From assembly GCA_951406725.2 (NCBI GenBank), contig OX597820.1, forward strand, positions 38,874,001 to 38,938,000: a stretch of 64,000 nucleotides of DNA, in the 5' to 3' direction. The first letter of the stretch is position 1. Each line of letters opens with the position of its first letter. This document shows positions 43,872 to 56,364 of the stretch, piece after piece. The translations under genes and the position numbers were made by a program. The DNA comes from Octopus vulgaris (taxonomy: Eukaryota). The notes beneath the pieces were generated by a model. The model was not told where the DNA came from. It saw only the letters and a list, made by a program, of their open reading frames with translations, and did not search any database.

Positions 43872-43904
<33 letters not shown>

Positions 43905-43905
<1 letters not shown>

Positions 43906-44180
43906 GATGCAAGCCCTAGTGAGTTAGGGTGTTGCACTCAGAGTTTCAAGATTGTGGTTTCGATTTCCAGTCGGGTTAGTGCAGTTTATAGTTGAGCAAA
44001 ATACATTATTTCATGTTACTCGCCAATCACTCCGACACCTGATGAGTGGTACACAGTGCACCTGGTCAGGCAACATCGAATTGATGGAGGGAGAGAGCCA
44101 ATGTGCGGCACATACATTTGATCATTATAAACAAATCAGTTATTCAATTCGTTTAGCAAATGCCAAGCGCTCATATGTCG
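43905..44180 (+). mobile_element. Decayed tRNA-derived SINE
   Basis: Head gccctagtgagttagggtg...ggtttcgatttcc resembles A/B boxes; sits between TA tracts. Confidence 0.45.
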
Positions 44181-44198
44181 TCTTGCACGGAAGTGTCC

Positions 44199-44264
<66 letters not shown>

Positions 44265-44344
44265 GTGGAAAGGAACACACGAGTTGATATATATGAAAAA
44301 ACAAGTCAAAAATAGAAAATGCTAAGATAATTTTATAGTGAATC

Positions 44345-44388
44345 TTTCAGTACCGGTTTCGGTCATTTTGAGACCTTTTCAACTGTAA
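44345..44388 (-). ncRNA. Hammerhead with U3-A8 variant core in the PLE 3' pLTR
   Basis: Minus: ttacag-TTGAAAA-GGTC tcaaaat GACC-GAAA-CCG-GTA-ctgaaa; palindromic stem III ACCGGT. Confidence 0.75.
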
Positions 44389-45018
44389 CGATTAAATAAT
44401 TAAATTTAGAAAAATTAGAAGAAATTTTTTTTTAAAAGAATATTTCTGTAGTAGTGTTCAGATATAAGTAGCATTCTGCCTTTCTCTGACTCCCTTGTTT
44501 GCACTTGTGTGTTCGAGGTCGGTTTGAGTTCTTGGTAGGGTAGGTGAAGAATAAGGAGGCTGATGTGGAGAGGGGGTGGGGAAATCTGGGAATGCCTTAA
44601 TGGTCGTATTTTGAATGGTCAGTGGCTGACAGTAGTCGCAGTTCAATTCAGGAATTGTTTATGGAATTTGCGTAGGCGTTATACTGAAAGACATTAGTGA
44701 CAAGGTTAAGGGGTGGAAGGTGGAGAAGTAGAAGAAGAAGATGACGACGATGTTGTTGATGAAGAAGAAGAAGAAGAAGAAGAAGAAGAAGAAGAAGAAG
44801 GAGAAGATGGTGGTGATGATGGTGGTGATGATGATGACGACGATGATGATGATAATGATGATGATGAAGAAGAAGAGGAAGAAGAAGAAGAAAAAAACAG
44901 AGAAGGGAGAATATGAATGGGTGAAAGTATAGCTGTGATGGGGCTGATTAGTAATGGATTCTATGGAGTGTAATATTTGTGTGTGTATATATTTCTTTTA
45001 TTCTAAAGTTGAGGTATA

Positions 45019-47011
45019 TTAATTGTTTGTCGTAGACCCGTTAAGAAGTGGCTTGTATTTTGTAATAAAGAGATTTTCTTTACTTATTCGTTGTCTCGAG
45101 GTTGTATCGTCCCTAAATTGGTAGAGGGGGAAAATCCTGAAGTTTGGTGTTTTTTTGTTGGCGCAAGTATCTATGTGTTGGCTAAAAGCTATTTTTCTGT
45201 TTTGGGGAATTTTTATCTGGGATCTGTGCAGGGCCATTCGTTTACGCAAACCATTTTTTGTTTGGCCTATGTACTGCTCTTGACACCCGGAGCAGGTTAG
45301 TGAGTATATTAGGTTCTCCGAAGCACATGTGAAGTTGCTTTTCACTGTAAACCGTTGTCCCTGTTTGAAGGAGAACTCTGATCCCTCAATTAGATAGTCG
45401 CATATCCCGCAATTGGGTCTTCCACATTTTTTTACTGTCGGCTTCTGTGTTGAAGAGTGAATTCGGGCTTGTGTAAGGAGACTTTTCATGGATCTAGGCT
45501 GTCTTTTGCTTTTTATGATCGTGTGTGTTTGGAGGATTGTGTTCATTCTGTGGTCTTTTTTTAGGAGGGGTATGGTGTGGAGGATGGTGTCGAAGGCTTC
45601 GTTATTGAGAGGGTTGTGTGTGGAGATGTATGGTAAGGCTTTTGGTTGTAAGTTTTTCTTTGATTTGGGATGTCTCAGTTCCTTGATGTTAAGTTGAAGG
45701 GCACGTTGAATGCACTTGTCAATAAGTGAAGGTGGATAGTTTCTGGTGATAAGGGTATCTTTTAGTTCTTGTAGTCGTGTGTCTCTGGTGTTTGCGTTAG
45801 AGACTATAGTGCATATCCTTTTTGCTAGATTGAAGGGGATATTCATCCTGGTGTGTCTGGGGTGGCATGAATTGAATGGAAGATATTGCTTAGAGTCTGT
45901 AGGCTTATAGTATATGTCTGTTTCTATTATATTATTAGCTTTCTTAATGAGGATATCGAGGAAGGGGAGTTGTTGCTGGCTATATTCCATCGTGAATTGG
46001 ATGTTTACGTCCAGTCCGTTTAAAATTTCCTGGAATTCTATGAGTTTTTCTATATTTTTATGCCAAAGGATGAAACAGTCATCTAGATATCTCTTCCAGT
46101 TGTTTTCTATGTAGATGGAGAAAGGGCTGCCATATCTTTCTAGAACCTTACGATACAGACTGATCTCTAGGTATCCTATGACTAGGTTGGCAAAGGAGGG
46201 GGCCATTCGTGTACCCATCGCAGTCCCCGATTTTTGTCGGTAGAAGTTGTCATTGAAGGCGAAGAAGTTATTTTCCAGGATGAATTTAACCCCTTCTATC
46301 ACAAATTCTTTTTTGATGCGGTGTGGTAGTTCGTTGGCGTGATTCTCTAGCCAGAATTGGATTGCCTCTAGTCCTAGGTTGTGAGGGATATTGGAGTAGA
46401 GGTTGACTACATCGAAGGATACCAGTATGGTGTTTTTGTTTATAGTATTCGGTAGGTGATTGAGCATATCTAAGTCGTCCCTTATATAGCTTTTGACATG
46501 TTTGAGGAGTGGTTTTAACAGGGTGTCTAAAAAGTTACTGAGGCGGTGGGTTTCGCATGCGGGACCTGCTATTATGGGTCTCAATTTGAGGTCATTAGGA
46601 TTAGGGACTTTAATTATTTTGTCTGTAGCTATCTTGCATGCGTTGCTTATTTTTTTCACTTTTGTGGATCTTAGGTATACCGTAGAATTGGCTAGTTTTA
46701 CTTGTGAAATTGGTCATATAATCATATTCTTTGTCGGTGAGCCCTGCTTTGTATGGGTTTAATATGGATTTTAGTTCCTTCATTATTTTTTGTTGACTGT
46801 AGTTTTGTGCCTTTTCATAGTATGTTGTGTCTTCCAGCATAGAAAGTACCAAAGTTATGTAAAATGCCGTATCCATTAAGACAACAGCACTCCCTTTATC
46901 GGCCTCTTTGATTGTTATTGTTTTATCTTGTTTTAATTTGTTCAACTCAGCCCATTCTTTTTTGCTGAAGTTTGGTTTGTGTTTTTGTTTGTGCATCTGA
47001 ACACTGTGCAT
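45019..47011 (-). CDS. PLE reverse transcriptase / GIY-YIG endonuclease (N-truncated; one frameshift at the T7 run 46650-46656)
   Basis: EADKGSAVV (DKG motif), FYGIPKIHK, LRPII, SFDVVNLYSNIP, GTAMGTRMAPSFANL, RYLDDCF, LPFLDI, YYKPTD, SCHP, CGRPNCGIC, IYSLTCSGCQEQYIGQT, KYKPLLN. Joins ORFs 46610-47011 and 45019-46659. Confidence 0.93.
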
Positions 47012-47092
47012 CTGAATATCTGAACACTACTACAGAAATATTCTTTTAAAAAAACTTTTCTTCTAATTTTTCTAAATTTAATTATTTAATCG

Positions 47093-47136
47093 TTACAGTT
47101 GAAAAGGTCTCAAAATGACCGAAACCGGTTCTGAAA
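47093..47136 (+). ncRNA. Hammerhead with U3-A8 core in the inverted terminal copy
   Basis: Same as 44345-44388 but with triplet GTT instead of GTA. Confidence 0.7.
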
Positions 47137-47208
47137 GATTCACTATAAAATTATCTTAGCATTTTCTATTTTTGACTTGTTTTTTCATATATATATATAT
47201 ATATATAT

Positions 47209-47617
47209 AGGCGCAGGAGTGGCTATGTGGTAAGTAGCTTGCTTACCAACCACATGGTTCCGGGTTCAATCCCACTGCGTGGCATCTTGGGCAAGTGTCT
47301 TCTACTATAGCCTCGGGCCGACCAATCCCTTGTGAGTGGATTTGGTAGACGGAAACTGAAAGAAGCCTGTCGTATATATGTATATATATGTGTGTGTATG
47401 TACGTGTTTGTGTGTCTGTGTTTGTCCTCCTAGCATTGCTTGACAACCGATGCTGGTGTGTTTACGTCCCCGTCACTTAGCGGTTCGGCAAAAGAGACCG
47501 ATAGAATAAGTACTGGGCTTACAAAGAATAAGTCCCGGCGTCGATTTGCTCGACTAAAGGCGGTGCTCCAGCATGGCCGCAGTCAAATGACTGAAACAAG
47601 TAAAAGAGTAAAAGAGT
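47209..47617 (+). mobile_element. tRNA-derived SINE family A, full length
   Basis: A box TGGCTATGTGG, B box GGTTCAATCCC, central TG tract, tail (GTAAAAGA)n; inserted in (TA)n. Confidence 0.85.
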
Positions 47618-48718
47618 ATATATATATATATATATATAATATGAGAGACCAAGTAATATTTTTAATGATCAGTTAGTTACAATTGTTTCTGTATCAAATA
47701 TGCTTGCAACGCCAGTTCAAGCATTAAAGTTGCGGCCGTACATTTTGCGTCTGCTAGAAGAAGTATAAAGTAAGTAAAGAGGAAAATGTAAATGGCCTGT
47801 GAAAAGATGCCGAAGTAGATAAAAGGAAAGTTAAGTGATGAGGACGCAAGAGAAAAGGAAGGGGAAGAGGAGAAACGAAGAAAAAGAAGTAGGAGGACAA
47901 AAGTATGGAGAACTAAAAGAAGATATAGAAGAGGTGGCAGAAGAATGGAAGTAAAAAGTGATTAGGAAAGAGACAGCAAAAACGAGTAGCTGGAAAGAAT
48001 ATGCTTCTTCTCCTTCTTTTTCTTCTTCTTTTTCATCATCACCATCTCCTCCTCCTCCTTCTTCTTCTTTCTCTTCTTCTTCATTGTCGTCATCGTCATC
48101 ATCATCATGTTCTTCTTCTTCTTCTTCTTTCTCTTCTTCGTCGTCGTCACCATCATCATCATCATCATCATTATCATTTTCTTCTTTCTCTTCTTCTTCG
48201 TCTCTCGTTTCCGTGCCTCTCTATTACATCCTCATCTCCTTGCCATACTTTTATCTACATTGGCATCTTTTCACAGTCTATTTACATTTTCCACATTATT
48301 TCCTTTATACTTCCTCCAGATATAAACAAAATACAAAGTCTAGCTGATGCAGAATGCCAGAGCCCAACTTTGATTCAAGTCTGAACAAGTGCCACTCAAA
48401 TGTTCAAAACAACAAATATTACGTAAATTTTCACTTGGAACTTTTGCGTTAATTGGCATAAAAAGCGGAGTTGGTACAGAAACAATTGTAACTGATCATT
48501 CTTTGTCAACTAATTTGGATTATATTTTACTCGTTGCTAAAGACACACGGTGCTTTTATTGTCGTGAAACCAGGATAATCCACACCTATATTAGTCTGGA
48601 ATCCGACATTTTAAATAACCCAAACCTCGGGCTGAGTGGAACATTGGAACCTCCGTGTATTTGTGTCCAGCTGTATCTTATATGCATATATGCATGTGTG
48701 TGTATATACACATATGCA

Positions 48719-48774
<56 letters not shown>

Positions 48775-48821
48775 CGTATGTGTGTGTATGTATGTATATA
48801 TATGTATATATATATATGTAT

Positions 48822-48877
<56 letters not shown>

Positions 48878-48897
48878 TTTTTATTTACTTGCTTATA

Positions 48898-49428
48898 CAG
48901 GCAGCGATAGATAAATTGTCGCCATTTTACATTTTTAATTTCACGCATGCACATTATCTGTTTTTGATTATGCCGATTACACGGGGTGCAGTACATAAAT
49001 TGTCGTCTAAAATTATGCTCAAATGAAAATAACACTGACATCTCATTTTAACATATATTTACATTTGGCTTCAACCACGGCCCCCAAACGATTTCGGAAT
49101 CTCCTGCAACCCTTCTGGACAGTCTCCTTGCTTTAGTTGGTGAATGCTACCATGATTCTTACCTTCAGTTCATCTTTGTTCTTACTAGGATCTTTGTTGG
49201 TCTCTCGCTCAATTGCACCGCACACAAAATAATCAAGAGGGTTGCAGTCTGGGAAGTTTTATAGCCAGATTTTAGGGGTGATGTGATCGCAGTAGCTGTC
49301 TTATAGCCATGAATGGGTTCTTCTGCTTGTATAGCATGGTACAGACACCTGTGTAGTCATCAAGATCAAAAACAAACATTGCGCATGCGCAAAATTAAAA
49401 GTATAAAATGGCGACAATCTATCCATCG

Positions 49429-49433
<5 letters not shown>
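48898..49433 (-). mobile_element. Internally deleted Tc1/mariner-superfamily element with ~100-bp TIRs
   Basis: TIRs gcgatagataaattgtcgccatttta... and ...taaaatggcgacaatctatccatcgc, flanked by TA. Internal minus translation FPDCNPLDYFVCGAIERETNK...DELKVRI matches the SPDxNPLD motif. Confidence 0.8.
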
Positions 49434-49482
<49 letters not shown>

Positions 49483-49633
49483 CTAAATATTTGGCCCTTA
49501 GGTATATGGTTAATAATTTGGCGATTAAAGCACTTTCACAGAATAGGGTACCTGATGTCATCCTCACTCATAATATAAGTGTCACTGGATCTACGTCAGG
49601 AAATCCGCAGTGTATGTTGAGTTTATAATAAAC

Positions 49634-50044
49634 GAGGGCAAACGAAAATGGAGTTAGCAAGTAGCTTTACTCAACAGAATGATTGTTTCGACTAATCCTG
49701 CTCCAATTCCTTGCAGGTGAGATATTGTGCAGCTAGTTTTGTTGCACCCACAAATGCAAAATTCATCACGTCGCGTGTCTCGTTTCAAATAAGATACTTC
49801 CCTAAATATACTCGGTTTCGCTTGACGTTCTGTGGTCGCCAGTACGTTGTTGGCAAGCGAAAGTGTGTATATTTAGTGAAGTATCTTATTTAAAACGAGA
49901 CACCTGACGTGATGCATTTTGCACTGGTGGGTGCAACAAAACTAGCTGTATAATATCCCACCTGCAAGGGACAGGTGCGGGATTGGTCGAAAGAATGGTT
50001 GTGTAGAATAAATCATTTTTCTAACCCCATGTTCAGTTTCCCTC
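49634..50044. mobile_element. ~410-bp imperfect foldback with decayed hammerhead-like motifs in the arms
   Basis: Arms pair (cagctagttttgttgcaccca / tgggtgcaacaaaactagctg; aaataagatacttc / gaagtatcttattt). The right arm has cac-ctgcaag-g-gac...gtc-gaaa...gtt-gtg at 49959-50003. Confidence 0.75.
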
Positions 50045-50079
50045 AATCACAATATATATATATATACACATATATATAT

Positions 50080-50247
50080 AGTTAATCCAAACATGAAAAC
50101 AAAAAGAGAAAACACAACAACGCAAGGACGTGGAACAAGTATAGTTCAACGTTTCGAGCGGAGCTCTTCGTCAGAAGCATAGGAAAAGGAAAGATCCAAG
50201 GAAGGGAAGACGGATGGAAAAAGATCGCCAACGGTACACACGCGGTC
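50080..50247 (-). mobile_element. pLTR-like fragment with a hammerhead-like motif (50144-50177)
   Basis: Minus: CTGACGA-A-GAGC tcc GCTC-GAAAC-GTT; stem I is weak. Same layout as 379-414. Confidence 0.55.
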
Positions 50248-52509
50248 ACATTATGAGTGTATATATATGTGTATATCTATGTATGGCTTTGTGCTTCTCT
50301 TTGTCGTCCACCTCATAACTGACAACTGGGTTTGGTTTGTTTACGTCTCCGTAACAATAGTGGTTCTGCGAAAGAGACCGATTTATTAAGTACTGTTGAT
50401 TCGTTCGACTTAAGCCCTTCAAGGTGGTGCACACGCATGGACACAGTCCAATGCCTGAAACAAGGTTTCTACGATAAAATATTCAAATAAGAATCTATCA
50501 GTTTCAGCCTTTAAGATAATAATATAATTAACTTTCTCATCAACTTGCTAGTTGAATCAGCCATAGAACATTTCTGCGCAAGATATGTTGTGTTAAAGTA
50601 AATTGCATCTTTACGTTTATGTTTTCTACATTAGATACGTGTAAATTAGTAACCTGGAAGTGGGTTAGCTCTAGGAGGAATTAAGGAAGTAATATGAGGC
50701 TGAATTTAGTAACAGCCAAAATAGGTGTGGCTTTCAGGATGTCTTCGAAAATATCAATAAGCATTTCAACAGCGATATCTGCATATTCTGTAAAAATAAA
50801 GGCAGGTAGTCTCAAAGCAGGCATTCCATAGGATCGAATCAAAACATATCGATGAATTTGGTTGATGTTATGGCACGTTAGATTTTATATTGAGTATCTT
50901 AACATCTCCAGAGCACAAAGTGAATAAGATTCTCGTATAGATACAATCATACATCGCATATGATAAATGTATGTGTTCATACTATTTATTGAGTACATTT
51001 GTAAGTTAAAGAAATCTTATCCATTGAGGATGGCGGATCCTACTTCCAAATTCTATTGCTACGAGTTCCCTTCAATGTGGTGTAGATTAAATTGTTTGGA
51101 AAATTCTTTGAAGATTTGATCATATCAGCGAAAGCTAATTGTGTTTCTTTTCCACACGTAAGCGAAAAATCCTTTCGTGTGCGTCTGAATATATAGGTAG
51201 TTTCATGGTTCGCTTGCTTTTCGGTTTGGCTAGATCAAATACGAATACATCCCTGACAACAACAACAACAACAATAATATCCTGCCACCAGCACCGCTAT
51301 AAACGCCTCTACTACCACATAATAACAAGAACGTTAACAAAAAAACAGCAACAACTACAACAAAAATAACGACAGCATAAACACTTCTTGTTAGGAAATG
51401 AAACAGAAAAATGAACACAAAGCAAAATACACAACTACAAAATTTCCATCAGATAAGAGTAGTAAGCTGTTGTTCCGAAATTTTCTATGAAGTATATCAC
51501 CATGAATGGCCGAAATTTCCGTAGAACTGGTGTTGCCATTAGCAACTGGTAGGTGAATGAGAAAATGATGATGATGAAAAAAACGCTAGCAATGATTATT
51601 ATGATGGTCCTTTTTACAGTACTGTCTGTTTTTTTTTGTTCCTGTTGATGTTGAGGATGAGGAGGAGAAAGAGGGAAGAGAGGATGATGATATTGATGTT
51701 GAGGATTATGATCAGAAATGTGATTACGATGATGATGAGAGAGGTGATTACGATGATGAGAAAGGTTATCACGATGATGATAATGATGATGATGATAAGG
51801 AGGAGGATGGTTTTGGTGTTGGTGGTTTTAGTGTGGTGGTTAAAGTAGTGTTGGTCGTGTCAGTGTGGTGGGGGTGACGGTGATGGTGGTGATGTTGATG
51901 ATGACAGCAGCGACGACGACGACAACGATGGTGATGGTGTTGATGATGACGGCGATGGTGACGATGGTGATGTGGTGATGACGATGATGATGATGATGAT
52001 GATGATGATTATGATGATCATGACGATCATGATGATGGTGATGATGGCGATGATGATGATAATGATGATGGATTAAGATAATGACGAAGTGGCGGAAAAG
52101 AAGTGAAATAGAAAGGTTTTGAATGAAGAGGAAAAAGAAGAAGCACCCAAATAAATCGATATTTATTCGTGTTTCACATTCAGTACGAGACATTATATAA
52201 ACAATACCTCAAATATATAAAAAAAAATCAAATGTACGGGTTGCTATTTTTGGGAATGATGAATTAAGTCTATAAATCTAAAGACAGTTGATGCTATCTG
52301 GAAATAGATGGTCACCTTACAGGCATTTAAATCACAGGAAAATAATATTCATAATTTTCTTTTATTTTCTTTTTAAAAGCGATCGTACTTTGAATATTGA
52401 CTTTTCAATCATAGAATTAGAAATAAACATGAAAGTCGGAAAACGAAAAGCAAAATAATCATGACAACAATAATCATGAAAATAAAAAGGGTAATAATAG
52501 TAATGTCCA

Positions 52510-52850
<341 letters not shown>

Positions 52851-54047
52851 GGAGGAAGTGGTTTAAGTGCAACAACTACAACAAGAACAAGGGCAGGGGC
52901 AAACAAGTTGGTTTATCAGCACATCTACTTCTCTGGAAAACTGATAACAGCTATCTCCAAGCTAATCAATATCGCATCTATATAATAACCAATAACTGCG
53001 TTATCGAAAGCGATCGATATATCACCTATACAATAAGATGTCAAGATATACCATATGCGGTGTTAGTGATGTTTATCTTGTCATTTTTTTCTTTGTGTGT
53101 GAGTGTGTGGGTTTTTTTTCTCAGTTTACTAATTTAACTAACCTCAGAAATTTTAATTACTTTGAGTTGTGCATAAAGACCTGTGTAATACCCAGTGTCT
53201 TGTATGATATGATTGTTATTAATCTTGTTAATAGTAACTTTATGAAGAATGAATGAATAAAATGTAAAGAACCCCTGACAAAAATGACATGCAGTAATAA
53301 ATTATCCATTTAAGTTGCGAGTTCAAATCAATGTTACAGACTTTGCCATTTTCTTTTTATCGGGCCTACTAGTATAAACAGTAAGATTCATTCAAGCAAG
53401 TTTACATCCAATACTACATTTAGTTAACTATGCTTCTTACAGGCATTTCTGTCTCGAATTCACATGTTGTTTGTAACGATTTTGCTTTATATTCTTTCTG
53501 GGGGCAAACAATTATAAATATTGATTGCCACATTTGGCATAAGGCCAGCAATTTCAAGGGAAGAGGTGAGTTGATTTCATCGACTCCAATGCTTATCTGG
53601 TACTTATTTTATTGACATCGACTCGATGGAAGAAAAAGTCGAACTCAGAGTAACTTGTACTCGGAACATAAAGATGGACAAATGCTGTTCAGCATTTTGT
53701 CAGGTGTGTTAGCGATTCGCCGCCTTGTCGAAAATTATAAATATTACAATTACTTTAATCGAATCGTATTGATTTTCCTACATATAAAAGTAATATGTTT
53801 TCATCAATTCTAACCATAATGTCACTCCTGTTTTGTTTTGGGGTACATAAATGGGGTTAAATGAATGAAAATATCCAGTGTACAAATTATGTAATTGAAC
53901 CTATATTGACTCTAATTATATTCTATAGCTCAGTCATAAACATATGGTTTCAATAAATTACTGGATTTTATAGGACAGGTCAAAACACGCTGATTGTAGA
54001 GCAGTGATTGTGAGGGCCATTGTCTTTTCATGTGTTTGTTTACCTTG

Positions 54048-54232
54048 TTAACTAAAGCACATCAACAAAGTGCAAACTATAAAAGTTTAACTATAGCACA
54101 TCAACAAAGTGCAAACTATAAAAGTTTAACTATAGCACATCAACAAAGTGCAAACTATAAAAGTTTAACTAAAGCACATCAACAAAGTGCAAACTATAAA
54201 AGTTTAACTATTGCACATCAACAAAGTGCAAA
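54048..54232. repeat. 39-bp tandem repeat, ~4.7 copies
   Basis: Unit actaWagcacatcaacaaagtgcaaactataaaagttta. Confidence 0.95.
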
Positions 54233-54292
54233 AAATTTGTAGCACTCAGAAAGTAGTCCAATGAAATATTGGATATGTATATCCAATATGCT

Positions 54293-54324
<32 letters not shown>

Positions 54325-54350
54325 TGTATGTATGTATGTATGTACGTATG

Positions 54351-54902
54351 TCAGGTCACTTTCGAATGATACTGGAAACATGTAACCCAGTACAACCTGT
54401 TGCATGGTCGGGTCGTCAGCGACTAAACCGGCAACCCCACCAAGCTTGCTTGGTGAGGAGGGTGTTTATAGGACACCCTGCGGGATGAAAAACAAAACCC
54501 GTCAAAGGGCGCAGAAACTCTTGAGAGTCAACGGCCATCCAATAAATGTCTTAAGGTTGTATCATGCGCGGGGGCATAGAAATAATCGGACTGAATACCC
54601 GATCGCGCAGTTAAACCATTGAGAGTGAAGGACTCCTAGCCTTTCTTAGGGCATCCTTCAAGGAGAAGGCAACTCAGGTAACTGGGATAACTCCGATATA
54701 AAACCTGCGGCTCAGTGGTTACCAATGATGTTGACTTGTTCTTCTTTTCGGATTATGGCTGCTGTTGCTAAGTGAGTGGGATTGACTCTGTGCACAGCCT
54801 TTCCTCACTTAAAAAAAAATCTTCTTGCACAGGCATTGCACGATAACAACATTGATTAAGCTTTGTGCAATGGCCATACTCGATAACGAGGAGGCAGCCA
54901 CC
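54351..54902. mobile_element. Unclassified ~550-bp GC-richer insertion within (TATG)n
   Basis: Sharp composition change, with TATG repeats immediately on both sides; no ORF or TIR recognised. Confidence 0.45.
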
Positions 54903-55120
54903 ATGTATGTATGTATGAATGTATGTATGGTTTACACTCATATGCATACATACATATATACATACAGAAAGACATACACGCACACACACATATATACACG
55001 TAAATGTCGAACAATGAGAATGAGTGTGCTCTATACCACATTGGTGGATAAAATTTCTTTATTTATGAATTATGGCTACCATTGGTTTCATCTTATGAAA
55101 AATGGTATCCTTAATGCACA

Positions 55121-55201
<81 letters not shown>

Positions 55202-55304
55202 GTGTGTGTGTGTGTGTGTGTGTGTGGTGTGCGTGCGTGTGTATTTCTATGTAAATATGTAAAAGGTCAAATATAAACATTCAATTCTGATACTTCTCTT
55301 TAAC

Positions 55305-55357
<53 letters not shown>

Positions 55358-55901
55358 ATACACCTGTGAATAAGGAACGTTAGTTAATTAGAATAATTAT
55401 CCAAAACCTGTCCTTCCTGTTCCTAACAAATATGAAGGCTTCAAATATTTCTATATAGGAACGTTCTATTCGGTTTTTAAACTAAATGTTGTTATAAGAC
55501 AGAATATTAGTTCTAAAGAATAATGGAATTGTTTTTTGTATATCAGTTTTAATTTTGAATCACATGGCATAACGTAATCATAATGCGAATTTTGCTGCTC
55601 GTTCTTTTACAATTAAATACAAAATAAATATTTTCAACATTATCTTAAATATAATGTATTTATATATCGTCATATGAAAGCACATATTGAGTGTAGAAGT
55701 GGAGGGCTGAAACGAATCTTATACAGCATTGAGATTTCGTCCATCTAGTTTATACGCTCAACAAGTTTTACTTAAATGTATATGATAAATACCTAAATGT
55801 AAACTTCAGTTATTTTAGTTATTTACCTTAATTGTATTACAATTATTTTCATCGCATGTTAAAGATATATTTTACGTTTAATCACCCCGGTGTCAGTATG
55901 T

Positions 55902-55965
<64 letters not shown>

Positions 55966-55969
<4 letters not shown>

Positions 55970-56364
55970 TTTCAAATTTTAGCACAAGGCCAGCAAGTTT
56001 TGAAGAGGGTGTAAGTCGTTTACATCGATCCCAGTGTTAAACTGGTACATATTTTATCGACCTCGAAAGGATGAAAGGCAAAGTCAACCTCAGCGGAATT
56101 TGAACTCAGAACGAGAAGACGGACGAAATACCTATTTCTTTACTACCCACAAGGGGCTAAACACCGAGAAGACAAACAAGGACCGACAAACGGATTAAGT
56201 CGATTATATCGACCCCAGTGCGTAACTGGTACTTATTTAATCGACCCTGAAAGGATGAAAGGCAAAGTCGACCGCGGTGGAATTTGAACTCAGAACGTAG
56301 CGGCAGACGAAATACCGCTAAGCATTTTGCCCGGCGTGCTAACAATTCTGCTAGTTTGCCGCCT
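55966..56364 (-). mobile_element. SINE family B, dimeric copy
   Basis: Same head, two cores and the same internal junction as 15640-16038. Confidence 0.8.

Larger units (their letters stand above)
44291..47190 (-). mobile_element. Penelope-like element (PLE), 5'-truncated, with inverted ~175-bp terminal pLTR copies
   Basis: RT + GIY-YIG ORF; inverted repeats 44291-44465 and 47016-47190, each holding a hammerhead; both ends abut TA. Confidence 0.95.

Noticed and set aside
54048-54232. Regular palindromic repeats suggesting a CRISPR array
   Set aside because: Units are contiguous with no unique spacers, there are no cas genes, and the context is eukaryotic.
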